Assembly: GCF_964355755.1 (NCBI RefSeq)
Contig: NC_092671.1
Span: 12,648,001-12,712,000 of the forward strand
DNA: 64,000 nt
Origin: Antedon mediterranea
Lineage: Eukaryota; Animalia; Echinodermata
Reading direction: 5' to 3'
In this document: piece after piece, positions 1 to 15,400 of the stretch
Layout: each line of letters starts with the position of its first letter
Position numbering within the stretch: the stretch's first letter is position 1
Position numbers and translations under genes: made by a program
Notes under the pieces: generated by a model
What the model saw: only the letters and a program-made list of their open reading frames with translations
Told to the model about the DNA's origin: nothing
Database searches by the model: none

Positions 1-1414
1 AGACGAGGTGATATTCCAGGCTGAAGTATCATCTGCCAATGCAGAGGTTACTTGGTTTAAAGACAATAAACCTATTGAAACCAACTCAAAATATGAGATG
101 GTTGTATCAGGGAAAAACCGAAAGCTTATTGTTAAAGACATGAGTCCTGAAGATGCGGGGAACTACACATGCGTTGTAGGTGACATAGAGTCTACAGCCA
201 ATCTAACTGTTGAAGGTAAAATATCTGGTCTGATTTGTGTGATTTTATTTTATTTATCATCATCAAGTTAATAAAATAAGAGCTTAGAACAAACTTTGAT
301 TATTGCTTGATTTTCAAAAAATATAAATATATAAGTTACTGGAAAGAAACATACAAATACAAATATGTATTTAATAAATAAATGAATAAGTTTTTTATTT
401 TAAAGTTTTCTTTAGGTTTGTGACAAAAGTGTTTATATTATGCAAAAAATATCTAATTTACTTGTTACTTCTATTTGCCCAGTTACAAAGTTTACTTCAC
501 CATTGCAAGACATAATCACGGCAGAGTTTGGAGAAACTACTTTCTCTTGTCAAGTTTCCAACCAGCAAGCTACTGTGACATGGATGAAAAATGACGAGGT
601 TATTACCGAAGGTCCTAAACATTCCTTTGTCGTTGATGGATGTCTGCGGAAACTTGTAATCAAAGATGCTGACATGAAAGATTCTGGTGAATATTCATGT
701 GTGTTTAAGAATGAGTCATCATCAGCAACATTAACAGTCAAAGGTAATTGTTTTGTTTGTACTTCAATTCTATGCTAATGAGCCAATTCTTGTTAAATTG
801 TGAGTTAAAAGTCATCTAAAGAAAGCATAGACATGGCATCTATTTGAATTAGTAACATAAGTCCTTTGTTGTTTAGGAACCAACTTCACAAAAGAGTTAA
901 AAAATACAGAAGTAGCAGAATTTGATGATGTTAAGTTAGTCTGCGAAGTGTCCAATGCTAAAGTGACCGTATCATGGCGAAAAGATGGAAAACCACTAGA
1001 AGAAGATGACAGAATTGAATTTATTGTTGATGGCAAAAAGCGTGGATTAATCATTCATAACCTGACACTTGATGATGAGGCAGATTACACATGCGTTACA
1101 TCTGAGCATTCAACAAATGCAGAGTTACTTATTGCAGGTAAATACAGTAATAGCCGATACTGCTGCTAATCACAATTATAACATTTTGTTATAGCAACAA
1201 AATGTTAGAAGCCTAAATGTAACAATTATATAAGGTATTGGCAACATTATATATATATATATATATATATATAAATCCAAAGGCAAATTACTGAAAAAAA
1301 TGACAATGCTGTGGGTAACAGTGGCTGGATCTCAATGGAGATACAAAAATAAAAAGCGAAAAGCTAAATCAAACGATAAAGTAAACAGCCAGAAAAGTTA
1401 GCAGAGCTTTATGG

Positions 1415-1469
<55 letters not shown>

Positions 1470-3454
1470 ATACTATTCTTTAGTTCTTTGTTTCTGACAA
1501 CTGTTTGCGTGCCCTAATATTGTGTCCTATTATGTATAGAATGTACATTTACCACCGAGCTCAAGGATATCGATGCAACTGAATTTGATACAGCTGTAAT
1601 GGAGTGTGCTTTAAGTAACCCTAAAGCTAAAGTCACATGGACAGTTGAATCAAAGCTGATAGAAGAGAATGAGAAGTTCACCTTTATTGTTGATGGCAAA
1701 AAGCGTGGCCTTCGTATAAAAGATGTTGGTATTGATGACGATGCTGAATATACATGTTCTATTGGTGCCCAACAAACATCCGCTGGATTATTTGTTGAAG
1801 GTAATTTATAACCTCTTCACTTTTAATACTAAATAATTTAGTGTAGTGTAGTTTTTGTGTATTCGTCTATTTTATGTATCTGATAAGCTAGCATTTTTAG
1901 AAAAAGAATGTTTTACAATCTTTTTAATCATTTTAATGCCTAATCTATTTAAGGAACCAAGTTTGAAACAAAGCTTATTGATGTGACTGTTATAGTAGGC
2001 GAACAAGCTGAGTTTGTCTGTTCAGTCTCACATGAAAGGGCAGTCGTCAAATGGACGAAAGACACAACTGAGATAAAACCAGATGTCAGGCACAAGATAA
2101 GAGTAGATGGCAAAACAAGAAAATTGATTATTTATGATGCCCAACTTGATGATGAGTGTGAAATTACATGTTCAATGGAAACAGATACAACAAAGGCTGA
2201 GCTCTTGGTCGAACGTAAGTCTTACATGGTTCTTAACCCAATTCAAAATTATTATTTAAAATTTAGTTTAGTTTAAAAGTAACTACAAGTACAACAACAA
2301 ATTAATGTATTGTCAATTTTAATAAGACCACAATTTGAAAACCATTTTCTCTTTTAGCTCCTCCCGTTGTGTTCCTCGCTGAATTGAAAAACATGACATC
2401 TATTGAACGTCAAGATGCTCGCTTTACCTGTAAGATCTCTGATGAAGATGCCAAAATTAAGTGGCTCAAAGATGGAGAGGAAATTGTTGGCAATGGGAAA
2501 TATGAATTTGTAACTAAAGGTAACGAGCGCATATTGATTGTTCACAACGTTTCTTTTGATGATGAATCTGACTACACATGTAAAACATGCGACAGTGAGT
2601 CGACTGCAGAACTCATTGTTGAAGGTAAGATTGTGCTTTTTTATTTTTTTATTTGAAAATATACTCTTACATACACCATTTTAATATCCTTTAGTATCAT
2701 AGCATTCAAACTTTGATATTAGTTTAATCACGAAGATACACTGTAGCTTCTGGTTATTTTGTTTTATTACAATATCCATTGTGTATTATTTTACCTTTAT
2801 AGAAGCACCTCCTGAGGTCGTAGAAGCTCCAAGCGACACAAGCTGTATCGAGGAAGATGAAGAAGTAGTACTAACTTGTGTCCTTGATAAAGAAACAGCT
2901 GATCTAAAGTGGATGAAAAATGGTTCTGAGATCCAACCAGACAACAAATACAACATGATCAGAGATGGTAAAAAACACTCATTGATCATAAAGAATGTAG
3001 CTCTCAATGACGAGGCTGAATACACAGTTCTTGTTTCTGGAAAACGGAATTATGCTACACTGACCGTGAAAGGTATGGTTTGAATACATACAATTGTATA
3101 TGATGTTATATCATCCTTTACTATGTTGTATTGTTTATTTATCCTTTACTGTAATAATACGTAAATACTTAATTTAATCAATTTTAGACAAATCTGCAGA
3201 GATTTTACAACCACCAGAAGAGGTTATAACAGGTCCTGGTACTTCAGTGTCATTTACATGTATCGTCAACAAGGAAAACATAAAATTCAGATGGTTGAAA
3301 AATGGTAAACCAATCAAAGAAAACAACAAATACGAAATGAAGCAAGAAGGAAAAACGTATGTACTTTTTGTTAAGAATGTTACATTTGATGATGATGCTG
3401 AATACACAGCTGAAGTTGACAAGATACAGTGTCATGCTGATCTGATTTTGGAAG
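1..3454 (+). CDS. Eight single-exon tandem Ig domains of distal I-band/obscurin type
   Basis: Exons <1-215, 483-743, 877-1137, 1540-1800, 1954-2214, 2358-2624, 2803-3072, 3188-3454; all introns phase 1; motif F...L.D....E....F.C.VS.....V.W.KDG.........G..R.L.I......D...Y.C. Confidence 0.92.
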
Positions 3455-6400
3455 GTAATTTATTTTGTAATTCAGTATTGATTTAAACATATTTAAAGTA
3501 GGTTGAAAGTTTAATAATAATGACGTACTTAATTTTATGAACGAATAATATTGTATTTTGTATTTTATAATATATAGTTTTTTTTCTATACTGTTTATAA
3601 TTGTGCCTCTTTTACTTTAAATTATATATGTATATTGATTGTAAACAAACGTTATCAGCCAATGGCTGCTGTTTTGTATGTGTTTTTAAACCTAAATAAA
3701 TAAATAAATAAATAATTGTAATCACAATGTCATTCAAATGTTGTTACTACATTTATGCCTCTCTATATAATTCTTCAAACAATAATAGTTATATATGTGC
3801 TGTTCATATATCATTTTTTTTATATTACTATAATTACTTTTTCTACAGCAATACCTGAGGTTAAAATAAATGATGATTTAAAGAAACTTACTATCAGAGC
3901 TGGAAAGAAAGTAACAGTTATGTCAGACATCACTGGTGCACCGTCACCAACAGTAAGTTGGAAAATTGGTGAACAACAGATAGAAACATCCGATCATTTC
4001 AAAATAAATACAGACAAAGGAATGTGCATACAGTCTACAATCAATATCTTAGAGACAACACGACAAGACCGTGGTAAATATACGGTTACTGCAGCAAATG
4101 ATGTTGGAACGGGTACTGATGCATTTGAATTGGATGTTTTTGGTAAGTACTGTTATTATAAACTTGGTGATTTTCTATACAATGTGAATTAGTTTTAGTG
4201 TATGTTTTAGATTTGGCAGTTAATACATACGATGCCATTTTTAACAGTATAATAGTTTAATATAATAATGCTATGCATTTATTTTTATTCTCAGATATAC
4301 CTCAACCACCACAGAACCTCAAAATAGGCGAAATAACTCCCAAAAGTGTAAGCCTGAGTTGGGATGTTCCATTAGATGATGGAGGAAGCCCAGTAACTAA
4401 GTACTCTGTTGAAAGAAGAGATATGAAGAGAGATAACTGGATGTCTGCAGGCAATACACCTGATTTTTCAATGGATGTTACCAAAGTGGTTGAAGGAAAT
4501 GAGTACATGTTCCGTGTTTATGCTTCAAATAAACATGGAGACGGTGAACCGTGTAAACCAACAGACCCAGTTATTGCGAAGCATCAGTTTGGTAAGAACA
4601 TTTCTATATATGTTTAATATGTTATAACCAATAATGATTATATTATAACAATTTTTATCATACAATAGCACTATCAAATATAATATATTACTTGAATATT
4701 GTTGTTAATACAAATATGAAAAAAAACATCTCAAATGGTCACAAATATCTAAATTTGACAAAATACTTTTTGTCTTACCACACAGATGTACCACATCCAC
4801 CTGGAACACCAACGGTAACAGACATTGACCGCAACTGTATGACAGTTAGCTGGACACCACCTGAATATGATGGAGGTAGCCCTGTTCTGGGTTATATAGT
4901 CGAGCGTCAAGATTCAAACACAACACGTTGGGTTGTACTAACTGATGAGAGGATTGATGAATGTTCATTTACGTGTACTGACCTTGTTGAGAAACATGAG
5001 TATTTATATCGTATATATGCTGAAAACGAGGCAGGCAAAAGTAAACCAAGTCAGAATTCAGAATCAGTGATTGCCAAACCACCTTACAGTAAATATTAAA
5101 TCATTTATTTTTTATTTTTGTCAAATTTAGTAATCAAATGATATGTGCATGAACTTAATACCATTTAATTGATGCCACACTAATGCTTTTTTTATATCGT
5201 TATGTGTAGATGCTCCTGATGCACCTGGAAAACCTGTGGTAGACAATATTAATGAAACTACAATGAAGCTCACTTGGGCACCACCAGAAAATGATGGTGG
5301 CTCTCCAGTAACCAGCTACACTCTTGAAAGATGTGACATCACCAGAGGTAGATGGGTGAAGACAAATAAAGATCCTGTAACAGACACACAGTACAATGTA
5401 ACTGACCTCCTAGCAGGAAATAGTTACCAATTTCGAGTTGCTGCAGAAAATGCTGCTGGACTAGGCAAGTGTAGTGATGCAAGTGACACATTTGTTGCTA
5501 AATTGCCATATGGTAAGTCAAAAATATGCCTTTAATTGAGTATTCACATTAATTTCATTAAAATATTTTTGAATAAACACTATAATTTTGGTTTTCACAT
5601 AAAAAAAACTCTAAAGCAAAGATATATGCTTGATTTAGTATTGTATTTTAATCTGTTATATTTCTGCATCATAAGATGTTCCCGGTGCACCAGAACCTCC
5701 AAACGTAACACATATTGACAGCACAGAAATGACTGTTACATGGAATCCTCCATCATCTGATGGTGGAAATACAGTGAAATATTACATACTTGAGATGCAG
5801 GAGAAAACATCCACACATTGGGCTGCTGTAACACGTGACAAGCTTCGTGAAACAACATTTAAGGTGACTGGACTTACAAGAAAGAATGAATATTGCTTTA
5901 GAGTTATTGCTGTCAATGATGCTGGTAAAGGGCCTCCAAGTCAACCATCCGAGCTTCACATGGCAAAGCCTCCTTATGGTAAGTAATTTTTAAAGAGATA
6001 ATTAAATATTATATTTTATATGGTAATACATTATATAGTAGTACCATATCTTGTGATGATTTTAAGCTTTATAATGCATGTACACAATGTGTTTTTTTCA
6101 GATGAACCAGAACAACCAGAGGTGCCAGTTGTTTCAGATATTCAGAGTACAGAAATGAATTTGACATGGAAGGCTCCTTCAGATGGCGGTAGCCCAATCA
6201 CCAATTATATCCTTGAGAAGAAAGACAACTTATCTCTGAAATGGAGTAAAGTTACAACAGAACCACTTTTGAAGTGTACTACAGTTGTAACTGGTTTGAC
6301 GGAAGGAGCTTCTTATCAGTTCAGAGTAACAGCCGTTAATGAGGCAGGCCTAAGTCCTCCCAGTGATGCTACTGATGCTTGTCTTGCCAAAGCACCTTAT

Positions 6401-9400
6401 GGTAAGGCACGATTACTTAATTAAATATTTACAATTGAAGTCACTGTATTAATTTTTATTGATTGTAAATAATTGTGTTTAATTCAAACAGATATCCCAG
6501 GACGCTGCGGTAAGCCAGAGATAGTTAAAGTCGATTCTACCAATGTGGAGTTGAAATGGTCTATACCAGAAACAGATGGTGGTAGTCCAATAACAGGCTA
6601 CGTTGTTGAACGATGTGATGTAAGCCGCAATAGGTGGATGCAAGTGAACAAACAACCAGTTGCAAAACCGTTCTATGAAGTCCAAGACTTGGTTGAAGGC
6701 AAACAATACGAGTTTAGAGTTTCTGCGGTTAATTTAGCTGGTATTGGACCTGTCTCTGATCTTTCGAGCACAGTGTTGACAAAGCCACCCTATGGTAAAT
6801 ATTTTAATTGTAGCAAAACTTACGTACACAGGATGATGAAAATTGGGCAAGTAAAGTAAAAAAAAATTATAAATTAGAATAAAGCATTTTAGGTGACATA
6901 TACATTTCAACATAAATTAATATTTCATTTTCATAACTGTTAAATAACACTTATTATATTTGCCAACAGATCCACCAGAGAAGCCTGGAAAGCCAGTAAT
7001 TTCCAATGTTGACTCAAAATCATTGACTCTCACGTGGACTCCACCTGAGAGTGATGGTGGTGCCATGATTACCGGTTATGTTGTGGAAAAACTTGATAAA
7101 TCACGAAATCAATGGCTACGTGTAAACAAGTCACCAATCAATAAAACAATAATGGATGTTACCGACTTGAAGCAAGGCAACGAATATGAATTTCGTGTCA
7201 TGGCGCAGAACAAAGCTGGATTTGGTGAACCAAGTGATACCTCAGACAGTGTTATTGCAAAATTACCTTATGGTAAGTTGCACTGAAGAATTTAATAATT
7301 GCTTTTTTAGGTTAAAATACTTACAGTCTGAAATAACATGAGTTGTTTTAATTTGTAGATGTTCCAGATGCACCTTCTAAGCCTATAATTGAAGCATATG
7401 ACACAACTGAAATTACACTATCATGGACACCACCTGAAAATGACGGAGGCTCACCAATTACCAATTACATCATAGAAAAGCGTAAAACTGGCGGCCGTTG
7501 GGGGAAAGCTACAAAGGACTCTATTAAAGAACCTTCTTTTGTAGTCACTGACTTAATAGAGGGTACTGAATATGAATTCAGAGTACTTGCTGTAAACAAA
7601 GCTGGGCCAAGTGAACCAAGTGAAAGCTCCGAACCAACTATCGCCAAACTTCCATACGGTGAGTTATTCCATACATTTGAAGACACACTCTCATTTGCCG
7701 ATCATTGTAAATTATAAGCTACACAAGAAACACATGACTCAATAAATGATACTAAAAATATGATTTTTTTTATTTAGATGTCCCAAGTGTACCTGGAATC
7801 CCCAGTATCAGTTCAGTTGAAGCAACAGAAATCACTCTTTCATGGACAGCACCTGATTCAGATGGAGGTAGTCCAATAACAAACTATATCGTTGAAAAGA
7901 AGGAGAAATCATCTTCAAGATGGGTTGTAGCCACACTTGATAACATTACTGCGACAACATTTAAGGCTATAAGGCTAACAACTGGAAATGAGTACACCTT
8001 TAGAGTTATCGCTGTGAATAAAGCAGGAAGGAGCCAACCGTCAGAACCGTCAGAGAGTACTATGGCCAAACCACCATATGGTAAGATATCATAGATTTGT
8101 AATTACAAATTGGTGACTAGTTATTGGAATTTCATTTTTTTATAAATTGATTTTTGTAATAATCTAAGTGCATTACAATTGTCATCAATTCTATGAATTA
8201 TTTTGTGTTAGATGTGCCAGAGGCGCCTCTTAAAGCAACCATAACATCTGTGGATGCGACAGAGATGACACTACAATGGTCACCACCTTCAAATGATGGC
8301 GGTGCACCAATTATAGGGTATAACATTGAAAAACGAGACACAGCTCGCGATCGGTGGGTGAAAGCTAACAAGACACCAGTTACCGATTGTGAATATTCCA
8401 TTACTGGACTTACCGAAGGAAAGACATATGAGTTTAGAGTAAATGCAGAGAATAAGGCAGGAACTAGCCCACCGAGTGAGGAAACTGATGCTAAAAAAGC
8501 AAAGTCTAAATATGGTATGTCTTTTGAATATCAACTAAGCATGAATTTTGTATTTTATGTCAATATACTGTAATTATTTTGTACAGAGAGATTAATCCTG
8601 TCAAGTATTATTTTTGTTATGGTATGTTATTAGCAATAATTAATGGATCATGTTTAAATAATAAAACTAGTGTGTGACTATAAGTTTTTGGTATTTGTAC
8701 ATGCATTCTAAAAATTCATCTGGTTTCAAATGATTTCAAATATAAAAAAATAAACACTTAGTGAAGAAGGTTTCCAACCAATGATATCACCAGGTGTTTA
8801 TTTTTTATGGCTTCCACAAGGGAAAGTATACTAACATATATAATATTTATTTTTTTAAATTGCAGATCCGCCTGGTCCACCTGGGCAACCAGAAGTTGTA
8901 GAAGTGGATGAAACATTAATGGTAATTGAGTGGGAATTGCCATCATCCGATGGCGGTACTCCTATTACAGGATACTATGTTGAACGCAAGGAGAAATTAT
9001 CATCAAAATGGATTAGAGTCAATAAAGAGAAAGAGACAGACAGAGAATTAGAGATTGGAAATCTTAAACCTGGTGGTGAATACCAATTTAGGGTATTGGC
9101 AGAAAATAAGATGGGTACTGGAAAACCAAGTCCACCTTCAGAACCAGCAATTGCCAAACCACCCTATGGTAAGATCATATTGATATCCAATTTGTGGTTA
9201 CTAAATTACAGTCACAAAATTGAGTTATAAATAAATAATTGAAGTTTTGTTTGTGTTATTTCTCATTTGTGGTTAACTTTGTTTTCAGACACACCAGGGA
9301 AAATGAAAGTACCTGTCATAGATTCAGTTGATAAGCATACAATTGTTTTGTCATGGACAGCTCCAGACTCTGATGGTGGAAACCCTATTTCTGGCTATTT

Positions 9401-12400
9401 AATAGAAAAGAAAGAACAGTATTCATCAAGATGGGTACCTGTAAACAAAGAGCCCTGCACGATTCTAGAGTTAGCAGTAACAGGTTTAACCGAAGGCAAT
9501 GAATATCGATTTAGAGTTGCAGCACAGAACAAGGCAGGAACTGGGGAACCCTCAGATGCTACTGAACCAACCATTGCTAAACCTCCCTTTGGTGAGTATA
9601 TTATAAATCAAATTACCAATGGTGTGTTATTTTTTAAGTTTAAAAGGGTCACCTAACACTGGTCATTATTATGGAGTCATAATGTAATATTTCTTTAGAC
9701 CCACCTGATGCACCAAGTCAGCCTCAAGTATCAGAAGATGAGAGTACAAGTCTAAATATAGCATGGGATTCTCCAAAGCATGATGGCGGTAGTCCAGTCA
9801 CTGGATATATCGTTGAAAGAATGGAAATTGGTCGTGATCGATGGATAAAGGTTACAAAAGAACCAGTTCCTGAATTGAAGTTAAAGGCAACTGATCTGAT
9901 TGAGACTAGTAAATACCAGTTTAGAGTATGTGCAGTTAACATAGCTGGACCAGGAAAATATTCTGAACCTTCTGAATCAAAACAACCAACACCACCTTAT
10001 GGTAAGTCTCTCTGACTGGAAAAGAGACTTTTTCTTATGTTCTACTCAAACCCATGTATACATTCTTGTGAAATTTGTTTTTGATCATGCAAAGTAATAA
10101 TAATTTAAGTTGTGTTAACATGTGTTTTGCTATATTCAATAGATGTTCCTGATAAACCAGGCAAACCTGTTGTAAGTGACATCACTTCAAACTGTGTTAA
10201 ACTGTCATGGGAAGAACCTGAATGGGACGGTGATTCCAAAATCTTAAATTATATAATAGAATCTAAAGAAAAACTGGCCACAAAGTGGACTAAACCATAC
10301 AAGGAACGTTTGCTGGAGACAACAGCTACTGTGACTGGATTAATTGATGGTAAAGAGTATCAATTTAGAGTTAAAGCAGAAAATGCTGCAGGGAGCAGTA
10401 AACCGAGTGACATATCCGACTTGATCGTAGTCAAGGCACCATTCCGTATGTTTATATTTAGACGTTTGAAAAAATATTGTGAATAATTTTTATTTCATGT
10501 AATTTATAAGAAAATATATTAACATCATATTTATTGTTAAGAATTCAAATCAATTACTTTACAACAAAGTAAAATTAAAATTAAAATAAGGATGATACCA
10601 TTTTTTTATCTTACAGTTGTTCCTGGTCCTCCATCGCAACCAGGCATATCAGATGTAACTGCTAGGTCAGTTAACCTTTCTTGGACACCTCCAGATAATG
10701 ATGGTGGTGCAGAAATCACGGGTTACATCGTTGAAAAGCGAGAAAGAAGAGGTGACTGGATGAAATATGATGAAGTTAGTGCTGTAACATTCTCCGCTAC
10801 TGATTTGGTTGAGGGCTCCAAATATGAATTCAGAGTAAGCGCTGTTAACAAAGCTGGTGCTGGAAAACCAAGTATTCCATCTAGTACAGTTGAAGCAAAG
10901 GATAAAATTAGTAAGACACTGTCATTTTTAATTATTTTCTATCTAAATGTGAGCAATTTGATGTGTGTTATGTATACATTTTGTAGGTAGATTCACTGTT
11001 AATGAGTCAAAAGAAATAAACGTTATATAAACAACCCTTTGACAATTAGACACTGATTAAAAATTCGTAAATGGCAGAAGCATTCAATGGTAACAATAAT
11101 AGTATACTACCTTAATTTAAATTGTTCAATCAGCCAATAATAAATACAATATATATTATAGATCCACCAACAGCACCAAGAAGACCAGAAATCACCGGCG
11201 TCAACAGCACCGAAATATCGATCAAATGGACACCACCCGAGTCTGATGGTGGCAGTCCCATCATAAATTACGTAATTGAGAAACAGGATACATCTAATGA
11301 CCTATGGGCAAAAGTAAATCGCTACAACATTTCTGCAACTGAATTGAAAGTCACTGACCTATTCCAAGGGAATACGTATGTGTTCAGAGTATCGGCCGAA
11401 AACAAAGTTTGTAGAGGTCCACCGAGTGAACAAACTGATCCTGTTGTAGCTAAACCACCATACGGTTAGTATATACATTCAAAATGTTACATTATGTATA
11501 CATTTTTGCATTGGTCGCTGCTGATTTAATGCAATTATGTCTACAACATTTTCCAATAGATTTTATACACTGACTGATTAATATTAACATTATACACATA
11601 TTCAAGTTTTATAAAGGCTACTATAATATTTGTTTGTCAGATGTACCAGGTTGTCCTGGAAAGCCATTTGTGAGGGATATAGACAGTACCAGAATGACGG
11701 TATCATGGAAACCGCCAAAAGACGACGGAGGCAGTCCAATAACCAACTATGTCATCGAAATGCGAACCAAATCTGGAATGAAGTGGGTTAGAGTGACCAG
11801 AGATTCAGTTGTTGATACCTCATTTGCACTAACAGGGTTAACCAAAGGTGATGATTATCAATTTAGAGTTAAAGCTGAAAATAAGGCAGGACAAGGTATT
11901 CCAAGTGATGCAAGCGATTTTGTGATTGCCAAACCACCATTTGGTAAGTTCACTTTTTATGGGTTTTTTCTGTAAATTGACCCTAACCAATGTTTTTTTT
12001 CTGTAACTCATACTCATTTTTTTTAAATATTTTTGTACATCATCAAACAAAGAATGAAAATGATAAAATATGATATTATATCCACGGACAAAAAGGATAA
12101 CATTTTTTTTAATTTGACCATTACATATGATTGTCTTATTTTCTAGACGTTCCATCCCCACCTGGGAAACCTGAAGTATCAGATGTTAATGCTTCTTCAA
12201 TGACCATCAAATGGACAACCCCAAGTGATGATGGTGGTGCTCCAATAACAAATTACATCATTGAAAAGAAAGATCAGTTTGCAGTAAGATGGAAAAAGGC
12301 TACAACACAATCAGTAGCTGAAACTGAATTTAATGTTGACGATCTAACAGAAAATTCTGTTTACGAGTTTCGCATCATTGCTGAGAATAAGGCAGGGTTA

Positions 12401-15400
12401 AGTAACCCAAGCGAACCATCAGATCCACAGAAAGCCAAGCCACCTTATGGTATGTTGTGTAATTGTATAATTGTTTCCAAAAAAATATGCCATTTGATGA
12501 TACAATAATAGTATAAATACTTTACTTCTCAATTCTATTTTTTGTATAGATGTGCCATCTAAGCCTCAGAAACCTATTATAAGAAAGGCTGATGCTACAT
12601 CAATGAAAGTATCATGGGTAGCTCCAGAAAGCGATGGGGGCAGCCCAATAATTGGATATAACCTGGAAAGATGTGATGTTTCCAGAAATATTTGGATTAC
12701 CGTAAACAAGACACCCATTCCAGATACAGAATTTGATGTTCAAAATCTATTGGAAGGTGTGGAATATGTCTTTAGAGTTAGTGCTGAAAACAAAGCTGGT
12801 GTTGGTGAATTAAGTGATCTTTCTGATCCATGTGTGGCAAAGATGCCTTATGGTAAGTTGCCTTTTATAGTGCATTCTTTACACAATGCCATCATCACCC
12901 AGTTAAAACAAACTCAATTTTAAGATGATCATTTTATTGGTAGCTGAACTGTAAGTTTATATATTTTAATGTAGATCTACCAGGTTGTCCTGGTACACCA
13001 AAAGTCACCAACATTCTCAAAGAATCCATGACATTGACTTGGACAACACCAGAATCTGATGGAAACAGTCCGATAACAAACTACATCGTAGAAAGAAAAG
13101 AAAGTACAGCAACGCGATGGTTGAAAGTAACTAGAGAAAAGATTACTAAGACCACATTGGATGTTAAAGACCTTGTAGAAGGATGTGTGTATGAGTTCCG
13201 AGTAAGCGCTGAAAACAAAGCAGGAATTGGACCATGTAGTCAGTCTTCTGGACAATTTACTGCAAAGGCGCCATATGGTAATTGTATAGATACTATATTT
13301 ACAATTGCAATATAGATTTAATTATCGGTCAATCATGTAATAGAAATTTGTTATTCCTATTGTTATTCTTTATTTCATCCAAGTATAATTTGTTTTTGAT
13401 ATGTATAGATGTTCCAACCCAGCCAGGGAAGCCATCTGTTAGTAATGTCCTTCCAAATTCAATGACAATAACTTGGACAAAGCCTTCAAGCGACGGTGGA
13501 AGTAAAATTTGTAGTTACACAATAGAGAAGAAAGAAACATCCTCAAGAATGTGGACTAAGATAAAATCTGTTTCAAACCTTTCACTAGATGTCATTGATT
13601 TAACTAAAGGTACTGAGTATCAATACAGGGTCAAGGCAGAAAATAAAGCAGGTTTTGGTCCTGATAGCGAACCATCAGATCCAGTTATTGCTAAACATCC
13701 ATTTGGTAAGAACTTATTATGTAACTGAGTTACACAATTAAATACTCCTTGTTTATCTATTTTGTGAGTATATAGTAACAGTATATAAGAGTGGAGTGTT
13801 AGAAGTGAAAGTATAGCCAAATAAATTTTAAAACAAAATTTTGTTATACACAGATTCACCCTCTGCACCAGGAAAACCAGAGTTCATTGCTGTCGACCGT
13901 ACAGAGATGACAGTCAGGTGGTCGGAACCAAAGAGTGATGGTGGAAGCTCAATAACTAAGTACATAATTGAACGTTGTGACTTTGATAAAAGACAATGGA
14001 CTAATATAGGCACTACTTCTAAATCCGAGCTTGAATTTAAAGATACTGGCTTACGTGAAAAGTCAGAATATTCCTACCGTATTGCAGCAGAAAACAAAGC
14101 TGGGGTTGGTCCATTCAGTGATCAAAGTGATTTCTGTCAAGCAAAACCTCCATTTGGTAAGTTACACATCATTAAAAAAAAAACTATTATGATATATATA
14201 CTTGATTGATAACAAATAAAGTACATTTTAAGTGATCTGTTTATGAAATTTATTGACTTTGAACTACAGATAAACCAGGTACTCCTAGTATACCAGAAGT
14301 TGTTGGTTTCTTAAAGACATCTCTCTCCATTACTTGGACAGCGCCTGTCAGTGATGGCGGTAGCCCTGTTACAAAATATATACTTGAGAAGAGAGACACA
14401 GAGCGTAAAAGGTGGTCAAAGATTCCAAGTCAGATTACAGAAACATCATTTACCATAGACGGACTTTACGAAGGGTCTAAGTATGAATTTAGAGTTGCTG
14501 CTGTAAACAAAGCTGGAGAGGGACTGTTTAGCGACCCGTCGTTAGCACATGAAGCAAAATCACCATACAGTAAGTACATTGTGAATAATTTAGTTTGTTA
14601 TGGTATAGTATAATTATTTAATTAAAACTACCATATCAAAATTGTAAAAAGCAATTTTAAAAATATATGAATATTTGTTCTAATGTAAGAAATAACTATT
14701 GTAGATGTGCCATCTCCACCAAGCAAGCCATCTGTTATCGAAATCGACTGTACTCAAATGAAGCTCACATGGTCACCTCCATCTAATGATGGTGGAAGTC
14801 GGGTCACTGGCTACCTTATAGAGAAGAAGGATAAGTTTAGCACAAGATGGACTCAAGTAAAAGAGACCGCTATTCCTGAAACAACATATGTTGTGGTAGA
14901 TCTTAAAGAAGGCACATTGTACGAATTCAGGGTTTTTGCTCAGAATGAGGCAGGTACCAGTAAACCAAGTGAGCCATCTGACCCTGCTGTAGCTAAAGCT
15001 CCTTATGGTAAGACTTGGTTTACATGCTACTTGATTGATTATACAAATAAATTTATACATTAATATGTGTATCGATACTTACAGTGTACTTAATGTGAAC
15101 TTTTCACAGATGTGCCCGGTCCACCTGGTATCCCAGAAATAATCCAAGTAGATACCAATCATATGGTGTTAACATGGAAGGCTCCAGAAGATGATGGAGG
15201 ATCTCCAATAATTGGGTATTTTCTTGAAAAAGCTGATCCTGAACGTAAACGATGGAGTAAAGCCCACAAAGAAGAGATTATTAATGAACTTACTTTTGAT
15301 GTGCTAAATCTAGTTGAAGGCAACACATACATATTCCGTGTTAGTGCTGAAAACGCTGCTGGGGTTGGTGAATCAAGCCCAGCTACACAGCCTGTAAAAG

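Noticed and set aside
9083-9092. Perfect CArG CCAATTTAGG (also CCAATTTTGG at 51292)
   Set aside because: Inside coding sequence or a probable repeat, with no associated TATA/Inr; expected by chance
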